Positions 39,605 to 52,646 of a stretch of 64,000 nucleotides of DNA are shown here, piece after piece (the first letter of the stretch is position 1; every line of letters begins with the position of its first letter). The stretch is from contig NC_058369.1 in assembly GCF_018350175.1 (NCBI RefSeq), positions 10,850,001-10,914,000 on the forward strand, in the 5' to 3' direction. This DNA comes from Felis catus (taxonomy: Eukaryota). The translations under genes and the position numbers were made by a program. The notes under the pieces were generated by a model. The model saw only the letters and a list, made by a program, of their open reading frames with translations. It was not told where the DNA came from and made no database searches.

Positions 39605-40594
39605 ATGGAACCAGGAAATGATACACGGACATCAGAATTTCTGCTTCTGGGATTTTCAGAGGGTCCAGAACAGCAACCCCTCGTATTTGGGCTTTTCCTC
39701 TCCATGTACCTGATCACTGTGTTTGGGAACCTGCTCATCCTCCTGGCCGTCAGCTCTGACTCCCGCCTCCACACCCCCATGTACTTCTTCCTGGCCAACC
39801 TGTCCTTTGTAGACATCTGCATCACTTCCACCACCGTCCCGAAGATGCTCTGGAACATCCAGACCCAGAGCAAAGTCATAACCTATGAGGACTGCATCAC
39901 ACAGGTGAACTTTTTCATAATCTTTTCAGGATTGGACATCTGCCTCCTGGCCATTATGGTCTATGACAGGTTTGTGGCCATCTGTCACCCCCTGCAATAC
40001 ACGGTCATCATGAGCCCCCGGCTCTGTGCACTGCTGGTCCTGGTGTCCTGGATCACGAGTGTCCTGCATTCCTTGTTGCAAACTTCAATGGTGTTGCGGC
40101 TGTCCTTCTGTACAGTCTTGGAAATCCCCCATTTTTCCTGTGAACTCAATCAGATGATCCAACTTGCCTGTTCTGACACCTTTCTTAATAACTTGGTGAT
40201 GTATTTTGCAGCTATCCTAGTGGGTGGTGGTCCTTTCGTTGGGATCCTTTACTCTTACTCTAAGATAGTTTCCTCCATACGTGGGATCTCATCAGCTCAG
40301 GGCAAGTATAAGGCATTTTCCACCTGTGCATCTCACCTCTCGGTTGTCTCCTTATTTTATTGTACGGGCCTCGGAGTGTACCTGAGCTCTGCTGCTACCC
40401 AGAGCTCCCACTCAAGTGCCACAGCCTCGGTGATGTACACGGTGGTCACGCCCATGCTGAACCCCTTCATCTACAGCCTGAGGAACAAAGACATAAAGAA
40501 GGCTCTGAGGAGATTCTCTGCGATGGCAGTTAGAAAAGGTCCAATTGTCCTGTGGTTGAAGAATTTACCAGGATTGCAAGCCTCAAAGTCTTAG
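39605..40594 (+). CDS. Olfactory receptor, OR7A subfamily (OR4), open ORF of 329 aa
   Basis: Start placed at MEPGNDTR (ATG 39605) by comparison with paralogs; the upstream in-frame ATGs probably lie in the intron. All OR motifs are present, with variants [10 protein letters not shown] and PHFSCE. Confidence 0.93.
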   Translation: MEPGNDTRTSEFLLLGFSEGPEQQPLVFGLFLSMYLITVFGNLLILLAVSSDSRLHTPMYFFLANLSFVDICITSTTVPKMLWNIQTQSKVITYEDCITQVNFFIIFSGLDICLLAIMVYDRFVAICHPLQYTVIMSPRLCALLVLVSWITSVLHSLLQTSMVLRLSFCTVLEIPHFSCELNQMIQLACSDTFLNNLVMYFAAILVGGGPFVGILYSYSKIVSSIRGISSAQGKYKAFSTCASHLSVVSLFYCTGLGVYLSSAATQSSHSSATASVMYTVVTPMLNPFIYSLRNKDIKKALRRFSAMAVRKGPIVLWLKNLPGLQASKS

Positions 40595-40863
40595 CGTCAG
40601 AAATTGCGTTTTGTTTTTTTAAGCAGATTGTAGACATAGAGTTTGTGTCTCTCATTTATTTCCCAGAATTTTTATTTTTTCAACCACTCAGTACAATTTA
40701 GTTCCTCATTTTATTAAGTTTTTCCCTCTCTGTGTTCCAACCTTTTTCCCTTCATCTTTTTCTTTTATTTCTAAATTGATTCGCAAGCTGTGATATGAGA
40801 AAATTAGGAGTTCTCATTTGTCTCATGGAACTGCCTGGATTTCTTAAGAATAATTTCTTCACA

Positions 40864-41095
40864 GGGGCACCTGGGTGGCTCAGTTGGTTAAGCATCTGAC
40901 TTCGGCTCAGGTTCCCGGTTCCCGAGTTTGAGCCCCACATTGGGCTGTGTGCTGATAGCTCAGAGCCTGGAGCCTGTTTCAGATTTGTGTCTCTCCCTCT
41001 GTCTCTGCCCCCCCCCCCCCCGCACTCATGTTTTGTCTCTGTCTCTCTCCCTCAAAAAATAAAAAAAAAAAACATTAAAAAATTTTTAAAGAAAA
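40864..41095 (+). mobile_element. Carnivore SINE
   Basis: TSD AAGAATAATTTCTTCAC. Confidence 0.93.
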
Positions 41096-41214
41096 AAGAA
41101 TAATTTCTTCACCAGTGACAAAATCACTCCACATAATAATGTTTTTAGTTTTACTAAAAGAATAGTGATTTGTTACCTCTCTGTTGGAATAAATTCAATT
41201 TGGCAAATAGGCCA

Positions 41215-41252
41215 TTTCTATTCTATTCTATTCTATTCTATTCTATTCTATT
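41215..41252. repeat. (ATTCT)n microsatellite
   Basis: Directly visible. Confidence 0.9.
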
Positions 41253-42624
41253 AACTCTGGCACCACAGGTTTTCATTTTGAGTCTGTCATTCCTTTATCA
41301 CTGCCTTAGCTGTTTTTCCTGATGAACCTACCAGTGTGTTTTATAATGGGCCATTAGCTTTTTTGTCCGAATTAGGATCCCATTCTCTTCTCAGGCTCTA
41401 TGTCCCCAGTGCTTACATTAGTCACTGGCAAAACCGATTATCAAAAACTTGTCTACCAGTGGAGTCTACACGGAAACAGAAATTCAAAAAAGTAGAATAA
41501 CTTAATACGGCCTTGGAGTCAAAGATGACCTTGACTATGATAAAGCAAATTTTAAATTCTCCTTTGTATTACTATGCTCTACATTTTTTCTCAAGCTGTA
41601 CATCTCTCAATCAAGTATGGAATAGCAGTGGCTGTGTTTAAGGGGATTTATTCGCTGGGGTGAATGATTGGTTACTTATTGCCGTCAAAAGACTTATAAA
41701 TAAAAACAATCAAATGGTCCTGAAAGAAATTAAAGAATACATAAATAAATGGGATGACCTCCTGTGCTCATGCTTGGAAGATTTTTTATTTAATTTTAGG
41801 ATGGTTTTAAAAATGTTTTCCAAGGATACCCCATTTTTGTTATTTTCAAATTATCATTGAATCTGTAGATCTTCGGGTAGTATTGCCTTCCATCTTAACA
41901 ACTTTAATTCTAACTTAAATTTCTCCTAAGGAAGGACCACAGCTTTGCTCTCAGTCTGGGCTCCACATCCAGGACCCGCAGCATCAAACCCACCAGGGAA
42001 CTTGTTAGAGAAGCAGGGTCCTCGGGGTCCCTGGAGACCTGAGGAATCAGAATTTGCATTTCAACTACAGTCCCTGGTGAATTGTGTGCACAGTGAAGTG
42101 GAGAAACCTTAGTGTGGAACAGGTTTCCTTACCTTCTCGCCATTGACCCTTGGAGCTAGATAACTATTTTTGTCGGGTGCTGTCCTGCGGCTGATGGTAT
42201 TCAGAAGCACCTCTTCAGACATGGACAAAAATCCCAAGAGCCACTCTGGTGGGAACCACTTCCCAGAGTTTCAGAACCGGAAATATCCCGACATCATTCC
42301 AATTAAGACTACATGCTAATTGGTTTGTGCCTTTGAGCAGAACATTGAATTCCTCTGAGCCCATTTCTACAATAGCAAATACAGCTCATGAAAGTACTAC
42401 ATCATAGATTGTACTTTTGTCAAAATTAAACCATAGAATCCCTTTAGTGTGCTAAGCTAGTCTATGCTGCAGAAAATCTAAATGTACCTTTTATAGTTAA
42501 TAAAAACTTCATCATGAGGGAGTAAATGATGACTCTTAATTTGTGATCTAACTATGAAATTCCTAATGGTTTTGGCGAAACTATCACGAAGCCAAAGAAT
42601 GTAGTACCCAAGGTTTTTGTTACA

Positions 42625-45280
42625 CCTTTAAATTTTTTTATTTATGTAAATTCAGTTAGTTAACATACAGTGTAGTATTGGTTTCAACAGTAGAACCCAG
42701 TGATTCATCATTTGCCTTGAACACCCAGTGCTCATGCCAACAGGTACCCTCCTTATTGCCCATCACCCATTTAGCCCATTCCTCTGCCCTCCTCTGCAGC
42801 AACCTTGTTTGTTCACTTTAAGACTCTCTTACGGTTTGCCTCCCTCTCTATTTTATTCTTTTTTTTCTCCCCTCTTTATATTCATCTGTTTTGTTTTTTA
42901 ACTTTACATATGAGTGAAATGATATATTATCCTTCTCTGACTAATTTCGCATTGCGTAATACATTCTAGTTATATCCACATTGTTGCAAATGGTAAGATT
43001 TCATTTTTTTTATTGTTGAGCAATATTACATTATATATAATATAATATAATATAATATAATATAATATAATATAAATACCACATCTTCTTTATCCATTCA
43101 TGAGTTGATTGATATTTGGGCTCTTTCCATAATTTGGCTGCTGTTGATAGTGCTGCTATAAACATTGGGATGCATGTGTCCCTTGGAATCAACATTTTTG
43201 TATCCTTTGGATAAATACCTAGTAGTGCAATTGCTGAGTTGTAGGGTAACTCCATTTTTTATTTTTGAGGAACCCGCATACTCTTCTCCAGAGTGCTTGC
43301 ATCAGTTTGCATTCCCACCAGCCGTGAAAAAGAGTTCCTCTTTCTCTGCATCCTAGCCAACATCTGTTGTTGTTTGAGTTGTTCATTTTACCCATTCTGA
43401 CAGGTGTGAGGTGGTGTCTCATTGTGGTTTTCATTTGTATATCCCTGATGAGTGATGAGAATCTTTTCATGTGTCTGTTAGCCGTTGGGATGTCTTCTTA
43501 GGAAAAGTGTCTGTTCATGTCTTTTGCCCATTTCTTCACTGGATTGTTTTTTGTGTGTTGAGGTTGAGAATTTCTTCATAGATTTTGGATGCTAACCCTT
43601 TATCCAATATGTCATTTGCAAATATCTTCTCCCATTCCATCAGTTGACTTTTAGTTTTGTTGATTGTTTCCTTTGCTGTGCAGAAGATTTTTATCTTGAT
43701 AAAGTCCCAATAGTTAATTTTTGCCCTTCTATCCCTTGCATTTGGAAACGGGTCTAGTAAGAAGTTGCTGCAGCCAAGGTAGAAGAGGTTGCTGCCTGTT
43801 TGGTCCTGTAGGATTTTAATAGTTTCCTATCTCACATTTAGGTCTTTCATCCATTTTGAGTTTATTTCTGTGTATGGTGTAAGAAAGTGGTCCAGGTTCA
43901 TTCTTCTTCACGTTGTTGTCCAGTTTTCCCAGCACCATTTGCTGAAGAGACTGTCTTCATTCCATTGGATATTGTTTCCTGCTTTGTCAAAAATTAGTTG
44001 GCCATGCATTTGTGGGTCCATTTCTGGGTTCTCTATTCTGTTCCATTGATCTATGTGTCTGTGTTCGTGCCAGTACCATACTGTCTTGATGATTTCAGCT
44101 TTGTTATACAGCTTGAAGTCCGAAATTGTGAAGTCTCCAGCTCTGATTTTCTTTTGCACAATTGCTTTGGCTATTTGTGGTCGTTTCTGGTTGCGTGCAA
44201 ATTTTAGAATTGTTTGTTCTAGCTCCATGAAGAATGCTGGTGTTATTTTGATAGCACTTGCATTGAATGTATACATTGTTTTCGGTACTATCAACATTTT
44301 AACAATATTTGTTTTCCAATCCATGAACATGGAATGTTTTATACTTTTGTGTCTTCTTCAATTTCTTTCATAAGCTTACTATAGTTTTCAGTGTACAGTT
44401 TTTTTTTACCTCTTTATTAAGTTTATTCCTAGGTGTTTTATGGGTTTTGGTGCAATTGTAAATGGGATTCATTTCTTAATTTCTTTTTCTGTTGCTTCAT
44501 TATTGGTGCATAGAATTGCAACCGATTTCTATATGTTAATTTTTATATCCTACATCTTTGCTGACTTCATGCATCTGTTCTAGCAATTTTTGGTGGAACC
44601 TTTCAGGTTTTCCACATAGAGTATCATGCCATCAACGAAGAGTGAAAGTTTGACTTCTTCCTTGCCAATCCGGATGCCTCTTATTTATTTTTGTTGTCTG
44701 ATTGCCGAGGCTAAGACTTCCAACACTATGTTGAACAAACGTGATGAGAGTAGACATCCCTGTCGTGTTCCTGACCTTAGGTAGAGAACTCTATTTCCCC
44801 ATTGAGGGTGATATTAGTTCTGGGTCTTTTGTATATGGCCTTTATGATCTTGAAGTGTGTTCCTTCTATCCTTACTTTCTTGAGGGTTTTTATCAGCATC
44901 TATTGAGAGGATCATGTGGCTCTTATCCTTTTATTAATGTGGTGTATCGCATTGATTGATTTGAGGATACTGAACCACCCAAAGAGCCCAGGAATATCCC
45001 ACTTGATTGTGGTGAATAATTCTTTTAACGTATTGTTGGATTTGGTTTGCTACTATCTTGTTGATAATTTTGTACCCATGTTCATCAGAAAGATTAGCCT
45101 GTAATTCTCCATTTTAGTGGAGTCTTTCTCTAGTTTTAGAATCAAAGTAATGCTGACTTCAGAGAATGAAGTTGGAAGTCTTCCTTCCATTTCTATTTTT
45201 TTTGACACAGCTTCAAAAGAATGAGTATTACCTCTTCTTTAAATGTTGGTAGAATTCTCCTGGGAAGCCATCTGGTCCTG
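42625..45280 (-). mobile_element. 5'-truncated LINE-1 (ORF2 3' half + 3' UTR), degraded
   Basis: Minus-strand ORF fragments 43908..44330, 43219..43470 and 43031..43255 are L1 ORF2; carnivore L1 3' UTR at 42630-43030. Confidence 0.93.
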
Positions 45281-46770
45281 GAAATGTCTTTTTCACCAGA
45301 AGCCTAAAAGTCCACTTTGTATTGTAGAAATGGTGCTTGGTGGTATCTAGTCATCTGTCCAAATTTAATATCTGAGCATGAGGTGTCCCTTAAGTTTGAT
45401 TCTGTCAGGATGCTTCTAGTTCTCAAACACTGGGGCAGTGGTTCTCAGACAGAAATGCATTTTCCCCTGAGGATACCTGTCAAAGTCTGAAGGGAAGCTG
45501 CCAAACACCTACAAGGAAAAGGGAAGCACCCCAAAATATTATTATCCTGCCACAAATGTCAACCACAAAAGGTAGAAACCCAAATAGACCAGCATTTCTC
45601 CAACTTCAATGTGCCTGTGAATCCACACAGATCCCACTACAAATGCAGAATCTGATAACACATCCTGAGTGGCCCAGAGCTTCTGCATTTCTACAAGTTC
45701 CTAGGTGATATAGGTGGGACACTATTGTATGTGGAACACTCTGATTAGCAAGGAGGCGGTCCTGTGTTAGAGATAGGTGTAGGTAATTTTAAGTCTTCTG
45801 CACTGAATATCGTCATTGCATGATGTGATTTTGAAGGAATACAGTATTTGCTCATTCATTCAGCTGCATAAATTCTGTGTTTATTGCTTTTGCAAGTGAT
45901 CAAAATAATATACTTAGAGAAAATACTTTGTAGTGGGCAGAATACAACACTCCAAATATGCCCACCTCCAAATCCCCAGTACCTTTACAATATTTTTTAT
46001 AGCAAAGAAGGATTTAGGTGGCAAATTGAACAGGACTGCTAGTCAGCTGCCATGGAGATAAAAATATTAGTTGTGATTATCCACATGAGCCTAAGGTAAT
46101 CATGACAGTCCTCCAGTTGTTAAGGAAGGAGACAAAAGAGTTGATGTCAGAAAGACTTTGAAAATGCTACCCTGCTGGCCCTGAAGGTGGAGGAGGAGGT
46201 GGCCAGCCACAGAGACTGCAATAGATTCTCCCCTGAGCCTCCAGAAGGAACTCAACCCTGCAGACTTCTTGCTATTAGCCCTGAGACTCCTTCCAAGTCT
46301 CTGACTCCAGAAGTGTAAGAGCCTGTATGAGCCTGTAAGAGCCTTGTTTGTTTCAAGCAGCTGGTGTGGGGATATTTTACAGCAGCAGTAGGAATCTCAT
46401 ATGAACATAATCAATAAAATTATTTGAGACAACCAACTTTAAGCCTCTCAATTCACTCATTAGCTTCCCTTGGTTAAGGGCAATTTACAGTTTAACAACC
46501 CACAATAATACGAGGTAAGCGATGAACCATGGGAATCTACCCCCAAAACCAAGAGCACACTTTACACACTGTATGAGAGCCAATTTGACAATAAATTATA
46601 TTTTAAAAACCCCACAATATGTAGAAAAAAATTAAAACAATTTGGAGATATTCTGCCCAGCAGGTGGTGGAGTGAATTCCTGTGGGTATAAATGTGAGTG
46701 TGGTCTGACTATAATGTCTTTGAGGCAACAAGATAGGAAAGGAACTCATGATCAAAGTTAGGGTCACCGA

Positions 46771-47330
46771 CATCTTTTCTATCCATTCATCAGCCAGTGG
46801 ACATTTGGGTTCCTTCCATAGTTTGGCTATTGTTGATAGTGCTACTATGAACATTGGGGTTCAGGTGCCCTTTAACGGATAAAGAAGATGTGATATATCC
46901 CTACAATGGAATATTAGTCAGCCATCAAAAAGAATGAGATCTTTTTGCAACGACGTGGATGGAACTCAATGGTAGTATACTCAGTGAAATAAGTCAGTCG
47001 GAGAAAGACAAATACCATGGTTTTGCTCATATGTGGAATTTAAGAAACAAAACAGATGAACACAGGGGAATGGAAGGAAAAATAAAATAAAAACAGAGAG
47101 AGGCAAACCTTAAGAGACTCTTAAATAAAGAGAACAAATTCAGGGATGCTGGAGAGGAGGTGTGTGTGGGGGGGATGGGCTAAATGGGTGAAGGGCATTA
47201 AGGAGGGCACTTGGGAAGAACACTGGGTGTCAAGGCAAGCGATGAATCACTTGGTTCTACGCCTAAAACCCATAGTAAACTGTATGTGAACTAACTTTCA
47301 TTTAAATACATAAATTTAAAAACAAAAATT
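46771..47330 (+). mobile_element. LINE-1 3' end with 5' inversion
   Basis: 46771-46872 is minus-strand ORF2 end; 46873 onward is plus-strand ORF2 end and 3' UTR. Confidence 0.8.
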
Positions 47331-48194
47331 AAGTTCACCCATTGTAATTTAAAGTTTTGTGTCTTTATCTCTGCTTCTTTTTATTTTAGGCTGATTCAAC
47401 CATTCGTTCTTTTCAGTACTATCATCTCCAACTTTCTCTCAAGTCTTTCAACATAAAGATGAAATCATAAATCATCTGTGTGTGTACACATTATAAGAAA
47501 GAAAAATGTGTGCACACACACATACACACACATAAGACACAACCACTACACTTGAATGGTTTCCTTGGAGTAAAAAATGTATATCCATGCATTTCATTCT
47601 TTCCTTACATTTCACTGGAAGTTATGTTGAGCATCCACTCTGCCTTCAGAAATAAGGAAAGAGAGGCTTAGGGAGTTTAAAATTTTAAGAACACCTCACA
47701 AAGCAGTTAAAACTTAAATTATACACAAATGGAAACTTGCACTATGTGCTATGAATTTTCGTGTAGCTCGTTTAATTCATCAGACTGTACCCTTTAAATA
47801 TGTGGTGTATTGTGTGTAATTATACTCTGGTAATTTAATTAAATGGGCACATATCTATGGTACAGGCTGAGGGTTGGATAGAGAGCACAGATAGATGACT
47901 CTCCTTACAGGTTTGGGAGATAGCCCTTCCACCAGGGAAGGAAAACCAATGTTACATACGGGTGTAGGAACACTGGGATTCAATGCAAAGAATTCACATG
48001 ATAATTCATCTTATTTAGAAATAGAAGAATACTCTGCACATAGAAATGTAGTAATAAGACCACAAATTGGCTGAGACAGTAGAACACTACAACCACATAC
48101 AGCATCAGGGATGAGCCCTAGAAACACAACAGAGAGATTCGCACAAGACCACAGATGCATGAGGAGCCCAGCAGAGATGAGAAATGCTTTCCAG

Positions 48195-48398
48195 AGCTCC
48201 TGGGTGGCTCAGTCCCTTAAACGTCTGACTTTGGCTCAGGTCATCATCTCACGGCTTGAGGTTCAAGCCCTGCATCGGGCTCTGTGCTGACAGCTCAGAG
48301 CCTGGAGCCTGCTTCAGATTCTGTGTCTCTGCCCCTCCCCCACTTGCGCTCTGTCTCTCTGTCTCTCAAAAATAAATAAATGTTAAAAAGAAAAAGAA
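48195..48398 (+). mobile_element. Carnivore SINE
   Basis: Canonical body; approximate TSD agaaatg(c)tttcc. Confidence 0.88.
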
Positions 48399-48443
48399 AG
48401 AAATGTTTCCCGATATGATGCCATTTGATGCTAAAGCTACCAT

Positions 48444-48839
48444 CGATGAGGAGAACAAAAGCAAGAGAAATGTAGCTAAACATCAGTGTCCTTACAACTT
48501 GCAGCCCACTGACAAATCCCTGAGTCACCTCCAGGAACTTGAGGCTGCGTTAATGTTGATGTTTTACTAGACAAGAAAAACAACCTTATCTTGACAAGAA
48601 CCAAACCTCCATGGCCCCGTAAACCTCACTTTCAGCATAAAGGAATTCCTTAGAAACATGCTATCTCTACTCCCCTCCTCCATAAACTTAAAAGTATATG
48701 ATCAGTCATTCTTTACAATCCTAGTGTAGCTCTTTCTGCCCATGAGTCCTATCTCCAAGCTCTAATAAACGCACCTTTTTGCATCATAAAAAGTCTCAAG
48801 AATTCTTTCTTCACCATTGTGCTCCGCATCCCCACATCA
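48444..48839 (+). mobile_element. Solo LTR related to the 60346-60948 LTR
   Basis: Shares tgcagcccactgacaaat, gctctt(t/c)ctgccca, AATAAA and agaattc(t/c)ttctt blocks, and ends in CATCA. 5' boundary approximate. Confidence 0.7.
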
Positions 48840-50542
48840 TTATGATATCCCGTTTGATAAGAACAGCCTGTTTGTTATACAGCAACAACTGGCTGACACA
48901 ATCACCCCAGCAAACAGACTTGAGGTGATCAGACATGTGCTGCTTTTTATTTGTGGCATATGGTCCGATAATTGAGAGTGGTTGTCATCCTTCTGTGGTT
49001 CAAGTCTATTTCCCGTGACTTGATGAACAAGTGACTATATGTAGGCTCCCCTCAAGGTAATGGGGAGAGTTTGTAGGACATGCACGTTTGTGCAGAAGAC
49101 CTGGGGACCCTGAACCACATGTCAGCAGGACATCCAGCTCTTGTGTGACGCATCCTCTGGTCATGCAGGTGGGAGAGATTTCAGAGCAGGATGGAGGCAC
49201 GAAATGGATGGGGCTGATACTGTTCCTTTGCCAACCTTTAGCATTTGTGACAAAAATTAAGAAAAGTGAGTTATTTTATGTATAATATCAGGAAGTGTCA
49301 TATTAGCAGGTAGCACTGGAAAGTTCTCAAGTAGAAACAGGAAGAAAATTCCGTGATAAAGCATAGAGGACACTGAGCAAACCTTCACCTCAAAAACTAA
49401 GTCCCTTCAGCTGTGGACACAAATGTCTTATGCTTCAATAAATAGNNNNNNNNNNNNNNNNNNNNNNNNNNNNNNNNNNNNNNNNNNNNNNNNNNNNNNN
49501 NNNNNNNNNNNNNNNNNNNNNNNNNNNNNNNNNNNNNNNNNNNNNNNNNNNNNNNNNNNNNNNNNNNNNNNNNNNNNNNNNNNNAGAGTGTTTTGAAATT
49601 TTGCCTCCTCATTATCTATGGTCGTCCTGACACTAAGAATATATTCGGTTGATCTACTTATTTAAGTTTGTCTTTCCATATAGACTCCACTGGGAGATAT
49701 ATTATGCTGAACAAGTTTTATCAGGGGCTATGGTAGGCTTCCTGGACGCCACGCTGAATAACAGAGAAAAAACAGGAGACCGATTAGGAAATACAGTAGC
49801 ATGTTTTTTAGAGTAAGTGCCTGACATTAAGCTTTTGATTATAATGTAAATGCCTGAAATTAAGCTTTGGATTTCTGGGACATCCATTTGAAAACAGCCA
49901 TGTTGAACAAACATATTGTCAGGTGTATGACACAATTACCAAATTAGCACTCGGACCGCCCCAGCCAGGAAGTTCCTGTTGACAAAGCCCTGGGTAACTA
50001 ATATAACTGCCCTTGAGTGACCTTGCTTTTCCCCTTCAGCTGCTGAAATCTACTCCTATAAAACTGTCCAATAAGGTGTGAACCCGCAACCCCCTAGCCA
50101 CTCTGGCCAAGGTCCTCAATAAAGCCAGATCCCTCAGCGGTGCTCCCAGTGTCTGTCAATCTCTGTCTCCCTTTCTCAGACCTCTCCAAATGGCCTTTGG
50201 TCATCCCATGTGCCCTCCGGGATCTGTGAGTTAACAGGCATTGCTTTTTTAGAGTTCTCTGATGGTGGTGCTGAGGTGTGTCTTCTGATCACAATAAGAA
50301 CCCGAGGGCCAGTGAGTCACAGCATAAGCTCTGGGAATGTCCACAAGCACATGGGCACGGGTGAGTGCCGGGGCTTTCCTAGCCAGAGCATTGTGGTGTC
50401 AATAGCCAGAGGCTTAAAGGGAACACTGTTAGAGTCCACATCATCAGTAGGAATGCTTAGGTTGTGATGTAAAAAGACTGACAGACACAAGGTGAAAACT
50501 TTGGTTTGTATGTTCATCTACAATAAAATTATGGAGAGGGCT

Positions 50543-51015
50543 TGTAAGGGTTAAATTGTAGTGTGGGGCTAAGGCTTAGCTTGAAAAATAACAGCTTTGT
50601 TCTGACATTGAAGGTCAAAAGATAACAGCCTTGCTTTTACTCTTGTAAATTAGGCTTTACCAATGAAGGAAACAAAAGTTCAAAGAAAAGAGCATCAAAG
50701 GCAAGGTCAAGGAGATCCACTGGTTGCAACTTCGAGGCAGAAAGTCTAAAATAAACACCTCATTAGGCAACTGTTTCTAACTCATCTGGCAACTGTTTCT
50801 AACTCATCTGGGAACTGTTTTTCTGTTCTGTTCCCAAGTAATGATAAAACGATGTGATCGGCTTTAAAAACTCTGTACCCAGGCTGTTCGAGGTCGCACT
50901 CTTATCAAGATTGTTGGTCCCGATCGGTCGGCCTTGCCTCTCATTGTAATAAACTTTGTTGTGACTGTCACTGGTGCCCGTAGCATTCTGTTTCAGGAGT
51001 CGTGTGGATGCAACA
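50543..51015 (+). mobile_element. Young solo LTR (ERV1/gamma-like, 4-bp TSD)
   Basis: TGTAAGGG...GATGCAACA, TSD GGCT at 50539-50542 and 51016-51019, internal direct repeats, AATAAA near 50948, retained CpGs. The paralogous position near 385-400 is empty. Confidence 0.88.
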
Positions 51016-51446
51016 GGCTTAGGGGCCAAGTGTAGCTTTTTTCCATATGAAGACTATAACTCATGATTACGTTCTTGGAAAATCTAGGGGAGATTTACTT
51101 CTCGTGGGATAAGTCATTTGAAAAAAAATTTATTTTTAAGATATCCAACTTTTCCCATTAGATACAGAAATTTCCAGGCATTTGTGTTCTAAGGCTGGGG
51201 AAAACACTGGGGACGTATGAAAATGGACAAAGGGGAAACTGTATGTCAGACAGAGAAGAAGCTTGATAAAGTGAGTTCCTTAAATGTATAGAGAAGTTGA
51301 AAGCAAACAAGTGGAAATTCCAGGAGAAAAACAGAAGGAGCAGATTCTCCTGCCAAAGTCTATTCAAGGAAGAGCAGTTCTTGGTTCTGAGGCTCTGCCC
51401 TGCAGTCATGGACACGTCTCCAACCCCAAGACAGTTCAGTTGGCCA

Positions 51447-52379
51447 TTACATCACTTGAACGCAAAAAATTCTTTTCAGAGCACTCTTTATGTCTTTGTT
51501 CCTCAGGCTGTAGATGAAGGGGTTCAGCATGGGCGTGACCACCGTGTACATCACTGAGGCTGTGGCACTTGACTGTGAGCTCTGGGTAGCAGCAGAGCTC
51601 AGGTACACGCCGAGCATCGTACAGTAAAATAAACACACGACCGACAGGTGAGACGCACAGGTGGAAAACGTTTTATACTTGCCCTTAGCTGATGCAATCC
51701 CACGTATAGAGGACACTATCTTGGAATAAGAGTAAAGGATCCCGGCAAAAGGACCACCACCCAGCAGGACAGCTGCAAGATACATCACCACGTTATTAAG
51801 AAAGGTGTCAGAACAGGCAAGCTGGAGCATCTCATTGAGTTCACAAAAAAAGTGGGGGATGTGCAAGTGTGTACAGAAGGACAGCCGCAACATCATTAAA
51901 CTTTGTAACAGGNNNNNNNNNNNNNNNNNNNNNNNNNNNNNNNNNNNNNNNNNNNNNNNNNNNNNNNNNNNNNNNNNNNNNNNNNNNNNNNNNNNNNNNN
52001 NNNNNNNNNNNNNNNNNNNNNNNNNNNNNNNNNNNNNNNNNNNNNNNNNNNNNNCAGCAAAGAGAATGAGAAAATAAATCTGTGTGATGCAGTCCTCATA
52101 AGTTATGACTTTGCTCTGAGTCTGGATGTTCACCAGCATCTTTGGAATCGTGGTGGAGGTGAAGCAAATATCTACGAAGGACAGGTTGGCGAGGAAGAAG
52201 TACATGGGAGTGTGGAGGTTGGGGTCTGTGCTGATGGCCAAAATTATGAGCAGGTTGCCAAACACAGTGATCAGGTACATGGAGAGGAAAAGCCCAAATA
52301 TGAGGGGCTGCAGTTCTGGTCTCTCTGAAAATCCCAGAAGAAGAAATTCTGAAATTCGTGTTTTGTTGCTCAGTTCCAT
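51447..52379 (-). CDS. Olfactory receptor, OR7A subfamily (OR5, OR3-like), probably intact; TM3-TM4 hidden by N gap 51913-52054
   Basis: Visible sequence is open and shares diagnostic residues with OR3 ([25 protein letters not shown]). The 142-N gap equals the length of the matching OR3 segment (29671-29812). Confidence 0.85.
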   Translation of the reverse strand: MELSNKTRISEFLLLGFSERPELQPLIFGLFLSMYLITVFGNLLIILAISTDPNLHTPMYFFLANLSFVDICFTSTTIPKMLVNIQTQSKVITYEDCITQIYFLILFAXXXXXXXXXXXXXXXXXXXXXXXXXXXXXXXXXXXXXXXXXXXXXXXXLLQSLMMLRLSFCTHLHIPHFFCELNEMLQLACSDTFLNNVVMYLAAVLLGGGPFAGILYSYSKIVSSIRGIASAKGKYKTFSTCASHLSVVCLFYCTMLGVYLSSAATQSSQSSATASVMYTVVTPMLNPFIYSLRNKDIKSALKRIFCVQVM

Positions 52380-52428
52380 GTGGTGGAGGTGGCTTCTTGG
52401 AAAGAAGGGAATAATGTGAGTACATTTC

Positions 52429-52646
52429 TTTTTTTTTTTTTTTCAACGTTTATTTATTTTTTGGGACAGAGAGAGACAAAGCATGAGCGGGGGAGGGGCA
52501 GAGAGAGAGGGAGACACAGAATCGGAAACAGGCCCCAGGCTCTGAGCCATCAGCCCAGAGCCTGACGCGGGCTCGAACTCGCGGACCGCGAGATTGTGAC
52601 CTGGCTGAAGTCGGACGCTTAACCGACTGCGCCACCCAGGCGCCCC
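52429..52646 (-). mobile_element. Young felid-type SINE just upstream of the OR5 coding exon
   Basis: 17-bp TSD TAATGTGAGTACATTTC at 52412-52428 and 52647-52663. Confidence 0.95.
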
